Shown piece by piece: positions 59,537 through 64,000 of a DNA stretch of 64,000 nucleotides. The stretch is from an uncultured Acidobacteriota bacterium (GTDB taxonomy: Bacteria; Acidobacteriota; Thermoanaerobaculia; UBA5066; DATFVB01). The stretch spans positions 384,001-448,000 of the forward strand of contig CAWEYG010000003.1 in the NCBI GenBank assembly GCA_963813155.1. The letters are read 5' to 3'. A program made the position numbers and the translations under genes. Every line of letters begins with the position of its first letter. The first letter of the stretch is position 1. The notes below the pieces were generated by a model. The model had not been told where the DNA came from, ran no database searches, and worked only from the letters and a program-made list of their open reading frames with translations.

Positions 59537-60400
59537 ATGCCCCTCTTCGACGTGATCCTGCCGACGGTCGGCCGTTCGCACACGATCGGCTACGCGATCA
59601 CCTCGGTGCTCGAACAGACCGAAGCCAATTTCACGCTCCACGTCATCGGCGACGGCTGCGGCGCTAAGACCGAGGACGTCGTCCGCTCGTTCGCCGATCC
59701 GCGGGTCCGCTATCGTCGGTTCCCGAAAGCGCCCGGGTTTGGGTACCGGAACCGCAACACGGTGCTTCGGGAATCTGTCGCTCCGTTCGTCGCCTACACG
59801 ACCGACGACGACCTCCTCTTCCCGGACCACCTGGAGCGAGGCGCGCGGATGCTCGAAGAGCGGAGGCTCGCTCTCGTGGCGTTTCGGTCGGCGCAGGTTC
59901 GACCTCCGGACGAGCTGGACCCGTATTTCTTCGCGTTCGACTGGCGGCTCGGGGCGTTTTCGCGTTTCCTGACGCGCTGGTTCGTCGGCTCCGCGAACAT
60001 GGTCCATCGACGGGCCCTTTTCGACCGAATCGGCTTCTGGGACGAATCGCTGCTCCGGTTCGGCGACCGCGACTTCTATCGCCGGGCGTGCGCTCCCGGC
60101 GAATCCGCGGAATTCATTCCCGAGACGACGCACCTGCGATTCTTTGCCGCTCAGTGGGAGGACCTCTACGCCGGGCTCGCGAAGCCCCCGCAGGAGAAAT
60201 ACCTGGGCCTGCTGCGGGACCCCGCGTGGCTTGACGAGATCCGCCGCCGAACTGCGGAGAGCGAACGCCCTGCGGCGGTGCGTCTCCGCCAGGCTCAGGA
60301 TTTCCTTTTGTTCGCGTCGCGATCGGGCCCGAAGTTCGCCCGTCTCCTGGCGAAACGCGCCGCCGACCGGATCGCCGGAGGGCGCCGCCGGGCTCGCTGA
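59537..60400 (+). CDS. Glycosyltransferase family 2
   Basis: VILPT, SVLEQT, IGDG, RN, YTTDDD (DxD), HL, GDRDF. Confidence 0.85.
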   Translation: MPLFDVILPTVGRSHTIGYAITSVLEQTEANFTLHVIGDGCGAKTEDVVRSFADPRVRYRRFPKAPGFGYRNRNTVLRESVAPFVAYTTDDDLLFPDHLERGARMLEERRLALVAFRSAQVRPPDELDPYFFAFDWRLGAFSRFLTRWFVGSANMVHRRALFDRIGFWDESLLRFGDRDFYRRACAPGESAEFIPETTHLRFFAAQWEDLYAGLAKPPQEKYLGLLRDPAWLDEIRRRTAESERPAAVRLRQAQDFLLFASRSGPKFARLLAKRAADRIAGGRRRAR

Positions 60401-60424
60401 CGCGATTCCCTATTTCACTGCAAT

Positions 60425-61372
60425 TCACCGCAGGCGCGGCGCCGGCGGATGCCACATCGACGACAAATCCTTCTCCAGCGCGGCTCGATCCCATTTCGCG
60501 CAGTTCGCCGCCGCCTCGTAGCTGCTCTGGAGGAAGTCGAGGACCACCGCGTCGGGCGAAGGCGCCTTGCGCGCCTCGTCGTACGGAAGCAGGAACTCTC
60601 CCAGGTCCCCGTTGTACGCGGCTTCCGCCGGCCGGACCGGCGACGCGCGGAATCCGTCCGGCTCAGGATACGAATACGAGTAGAAGACCGGCTGCGGCAA
60701 CAAGGGGTTTCCGGGCCAGAAGCCGGCGCTGCTGACTTCGTGCGAGTACGCCTCCTCGTTGACTCGCGCCGGGCAGTTCGGCGGGCCTCCGCTGTGAAGC
60801 GGCGCCGGCCGTCCGGAAAAGCGAGTGACCGCGAGGTCGAAGCCTCCCCAGAAGAAGTGGACCGGACTGCATTTCCCGATGAAACGGGCCCGAAACTCCT
60901 TCAACAGCCGATCCGCGTGGGAGAGCGCGCCGAAGAACCGGGAAACCGCGGCGGCGTCGTAAGACGCGTGCTCGCGGTCTTCCGCGAAAGGGATGGCGAC
61001 TTCCATCTCATTCGGTCTTCCGTAGATTCGCGGGCGAGGGCCGAGCTCGGCGAGCCGGGCGAAAAGCTCCTCATGAAAGTCCGCGACCGAACGGGGCTTC
61101 ATCGCGACCGTGCGCACGCCGCCCCGGCTCGTCTCGATCAGAACCTGGTGTTCGAGAAAGTCGAAGTCGATTTCGAAGGTGCCGTGCTCCCAGGGGGTCG
61201 CGCCGGTCGTCAGTCCGCGTGACGTGACCGCGAGGGCGACGTGCCAGGAGTGATTCGTCCACGGAGATTGCGCGAGCCGAATCTTTCCCGCGATCTGCGT
61301 CCACAGATGAAGCGTCTCGAGAGTGTCTTTCCACCCTTCGTACGGGATGGCCGGCCAGTCCGGGGTCCTCAT
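60425..61372 (-). CDS. DUF5996-family protein
   Basis: TLHLWTQIAGKIRL, NHSWHV, SPVHFFWGGFDLAVTRFSGR, YSHEVSSAGFWPG, FYSYSYPEP. Confidence 0.85.
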   Translation of the reverse strand: MRTPDWPAIPYEGWKDTLETLHLWTQIAGKIRLAQSPWTNHSWHVALAVTSRGLTTGATPWEHGTFEIDFDFLEHQVLIETSRGGVRTVAMKPRSVADFHEELFARLAELGPRPRIYGRPNEMEVAIPFAEDREHASYDAAAVSRFFGALSHADRLLKEFRARFIGKCSPVHFFWGGFDLAVTRFSGRPAPLHSGGPPNCPARVNEEAYSHEVSSAGFWPGNPLLPQPVFYSYSYPEPDGFRASPVRPAEAAYNGDLGEFLLPYDEARKAPSPDAVVLDFLQSSYEAAANCAKWDRAALEKDLSSMWHPPAPRLR

Positions 61373-61939
61373 CCGCCCGATGATACGCGCATTGTCGACC
61401 GCTCCATTCTCACGAGCGGGAGGCTCAACCCGTTCCTCATCGGCAGATCGACCTCCTCGACCCTCTGATACCCCATCGCCTCGTAGAGCGGCAATCCCGG
61501 AAGGGTCGCCATGAGCTCGAAGCGGAGGAATCCCTCCGCGGCCGCCGCTTCTTCCGAAGCCCGGAGCAGGAGGCGCCCGATGCCCCGACGCGAGAACTCG
61601 GGCCGGACGTAGAAGGCGCGGATCCGGGCGGAGTCCCGCTGCGGATCGAGAAGCGGATCGGGGGCGCCCCCCTTCCGGCGGTCGCCGCCGAACAGGGTTC
61701 GCCGCCGACTCCACCCGCCGCAGCCCGCGATCCGGCCGCCGGGCCTCGGCGCGCGCGACGAAGTATGTCCTGTCCTCGATCAGCTGAGAGTCAACGCCGA
61801 AGACCTCCTCGAGCGACGCCTTGATCTGCGCGGGCGAGTAACACCCGGCGCTCAACCCGCGCACCGAATCTTCAATGACGGCTCGCAACTCCCGAACATC
61901 CTCCGCCGTCGCAAGCCGCAGAGCCGTCTCTTCCCCCAT
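61369..61939 (-). CDS. GNAT acetyltransferase, with an apparent indel near 61742
   Basis: FGVDSQLIEDRTYFV, then in a shifted frame GCGGWSRRRTLFGGD, ARIRAFYVRPEFSRRGIG, ATLPGLPLY. Confidence 0.82.
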
Positions 61940-61947
61940 CCGATCCT

Positions 61948-63324
61948 TCAGTGGGGAAGGCCGAAGACGAAATAGGCGAGACAGACCGCGCCGAGAACCC
62001 AGCCTCCCGGGCGAACCTCCCGGGCGCGCCCCGCGCCGACTTTCAGAATCGGATGGAGCACGAGGCCGGCCGTGAGGCCGTTGCCGATGTTGTACGTGAA
62101 GACCATCATCGCGATCGTCGCGAACGCAGGCACGAGCTCCGTCGGGTCGGCGAATTCGATCTTCGCCGCCGACGCCACCATGAGAACTCCCACGGCGATG
62201 AGGGCCGGGCCGTACGCGCAACGAAGCTGCTGGAGAGGCTCGAAGAGGGGCAGAAAAAACAGCGAGCCGGCGAAGAGAACCGCTGTCGTCACGGCCGCGA
62301 GGCCGGTCCGGGCGCCTTCCCGAATTCCCGCCGCGGATTCGATGAACGCCCCGCTCGTCGAGGTCCCGAGCAGCGAGCTCGCGACGCAAGCCGCCGCATC
62401 CACCATCATCGGCCGCTCGATCCGGGGAAAGTTTCCCCGGGAGTCCAGCATCCCGGCGGCGGCTCCGACTCCGACGAGGGTCCCCAGGGTGTCGAGGAAC
62501 GACATGAGAAACAGCGTCAGGAGGACCGGGAGAAAGGAGAGGCGGAAAGCCCCCGCGATGTCGAGCTTTCCGGCGATCGCCGAAAGGTCGTACTCCGCGC
62601 CGCCCGGCCACGCCGCGAGCCGCGCCGGCGCGGGAGCGAGGCCGAGCGCGAGCGCCGCGATCCCGACGGACGCGATCCCGAGGAGAATCGCCCCGCGCAC
62701 GCGGCGGATCAGGAGCACCGAGATCAACGCGAACCCCGCGATCGCGAGGAGAACGGGCGTGTCGCGCAGGTTTCCGAGTTTGAGGGGAACGTCGGGCGAC
62801 CTCAGAATGCCGCTCCCGGGCACGAGAAGCGCCTGCGGCGGCATGCCGGCGACGGCGCTCGTGACAATGCCGGTCTCGTAGAAGCCGATGAAGGCGAGAA
62901 ACAGCCCGATTCCGACGGCGAAACTGTGCTTGAGAGACGCCGAGATCGACTCGGCGAGCCAGGAGCGCACACGGAGGACCGTGAGGAGCGCGAAGGCAAC
63001 GCCGCTGACGAAAACCGCGCCGAGACGCTGCTGCCAGGTGATCCCCATCGCCGCGAGCCCGAAGGCGACGAACGCGTTCTCGCCCATGTAGGGCGCCACC
63101 GCGATCGGCAAGTTCGCGTACAGACCCATCGCGAGACAGCCGAGGACAGCGGCGACAATCGTCGCGACCGTGCTCGGACCGCGGGGAATTCCGGCGAACG
63201 CGAGGATCGCCGGATTGACGACGATGATGTAGGCCATCGTCGCGAAAGTGGTCGCGCCGCCGAGGATCTCCGTCCGGACGTTCGTTCCGCGCTCGCGGAG
63301 ATGGAAGAACGTTTCGAGGGACAC
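61948..63324 (-). CDS. NCS2/AzgA-type purine permease
   Basis: TTFATMAYIIVVNP, APYMGENAF, GIGLFLAFIG, DTLGT, FIESAAGIREGARTGL, FTYNIGNG. Confidence 0.9.
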   Translation of the reverse strand: MSLETFFHLRERGTNVRTEILGGATTFATMAYIIVVNPAILAFAGIPRGPSTVATIVAAVLGCLAMGLYANLPIAVAPYMGENAFVAFGLAAMGITWQQRLGAVFVSGVAFALLTVLRVRSWLAESISASLKHSFAVGIGLFLAFIGFYETGIVTSAVAGMPPQALLVPGSGILRSPDVPLKLGNLRDTPVLLAIAGFALISVLLIRRVRGAILLGIASVGIAALALGLAPAPARLAAWPGGAEYDLSAIAGKLDIAGAFRLSFLPVLLTLFLMSFLDTLGTLVGVGAAAGMLDSRGNFPRIERPMMVDAAACVASSLLGTSTSGAFIESAAGIREGARTGLAAVTTAVLFAGSLFFLPLFEPLQQLRCAYGPALIAVGVLMVASAAKIEFADPTELVPAFATIAMMVFTYNIGNGLTAGLVLHPILKVGAGRAREVRPGGWVLGAVCLAYFVFGLPH

Positions 63325-63353
63325 TTCCTCGGATTTTACAGCCGAGCGCGCCT

Positions 63354-64000
63354 CTATTTCGGCCGCATCAGCGGAAACAGGATCACGTCTCGGATCGATC
63401 GCCGGTCGGTGAAGAGCATCGTGACGCGGTCGACTCCGATTCCCTCGCCGGCCGTCGGGGGAAGGCCGTACTCCAGCGCCTCGACGTAGTCCTGGTCGTA
63501 CGGCTGGGCTTCCTCGTCGCCCGCAGCCTTCGCCGCCATCTGTTCGCGGAAACGGCGCGCCTGCTCGGCGGGATCGTTCAACTCCGAGAATCCGTTCGCG
63601 ATCTCCATGCCGCCGGCGTACAGCTCGAAACGCTCGACCCACTCGGGGTCGTCCGGATTCTGCTTCGACAGGGGCGAAATCTCGGTCGGAAACTCGTGGA
63701 TGAAAGTCGGCTGGACGAGATGGTCCTCCGCGACCGCCTCGAACACTTCGGCGAGCAACTTTCCCTTTTGCCCTCGAAAGCGGTCGGGGCGTTCCGTTCC
63801 GATGCGGCGGGCCGCCGCGAGCAGCGCGTCCGCCGACTCCAGCTCGGCGGCGGCCACGGGGCCCTTCGGGTGGCTCTTCGAAAACTCGACGACCGCTTCC
63901 CGCATCGTGTACCGCGCGAACGGAGCGCGCCACGAGATCGCTCCCTTCGCCCCACGGCGTCTCCGGCGTACCGACGACTTCCGCCGCCATCTGCGAGAAG
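63354..64000 (-). CDS. lysS: Lysine--tRNA ligase (class II), C-terminal part; apparent indel near 63944
   Basis: [54 protein letters not shown]. Confidence 0.96.
   Translation of the reverse strand, partial: SRRWRRKSSVRRRRRGAKGAISWRAPFARYTMREAVVEFSKSHPKGPVAAAELESADALLAAARRIGTERPDRFRGQKGKLLAEVFEAVAEDHLVQPTFIHEFPTEISPLSKQNPDDPEWVERFELYAGGMEIANGFSELNDPAEQARRFREQMAAKAAGDEEAQPYDQDYVEALEYGLPPTAGEGIGVDRVTMLFTDRRSIRDVILFPLMRPK

Noticed and set aside
60425-62611. 728-aa GNAT-DUF5996 fusion ORF
   Set aside because: Produced by the GNAT indel near 61742. The corrected GNAT stops at 61369, overlapping the DUF5996 ATG.
1-64000. tRNA, rRNA, CRISPR array, integrase/transposase or defence system
   Set aside because: None recognisable by eye and intergenic spaces are very short. 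A covariance-model scan would be needed to exclude small RNAs.

Overview
High-GC, gene-dense bacterial chromosome segment from a diderm organism. Gene content and order suggest Acidobacteriota or a deltaproteobacteria-like lineage (inference only). About ten single-base indels hit essential genes (leuS, lpxD, lolC/E, lysS), mostly at homopolymers, so this looks like an unpolished long-read assembly. From 9.2 to 33.6 kb a tightly packed minus-strand run holds lolC/E-lolD-clpC-bamA-skp-lpxD-fabZ-lpxA-gnnA-like-mtnP-adoK-ribH-nusB, then a receptor-less chemosensory cluster (exported transglutaminase-like protein, CheY, CheA, degenerate CheW, 742-aa HEAT protein, CheR, CheB), then leuS-lptE-rhodanese. 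From 33.6 to 63.3 kb about 30 kb of accessory genes separate lysS from lolC/E. The best candidate for an undescribed system lies there: a heme-c (CxxCH) DUF3365-HAMP membrane sensor with no output domain, followed by a soluble Hanks Ser/Thr kinase, a CRTAC1/ASPIC-UnbV lipoprotein and a small membrane protein, preceded by a beta/gamma-crystallin gene with a sigma54-type promoter. Other observations: a palindromic REP-like doublet translated in frame inside an efflux lipoprotein signal peptide, many apparently leaderless genes (TANNNT 5-9 nt before the start), and a Tat-exported HisC-like aminotransferase. I found no rRNA, tRNA, CRISPR array, transposase or integrase. All family assignments come from recognising motifs by eye; no database search was run.
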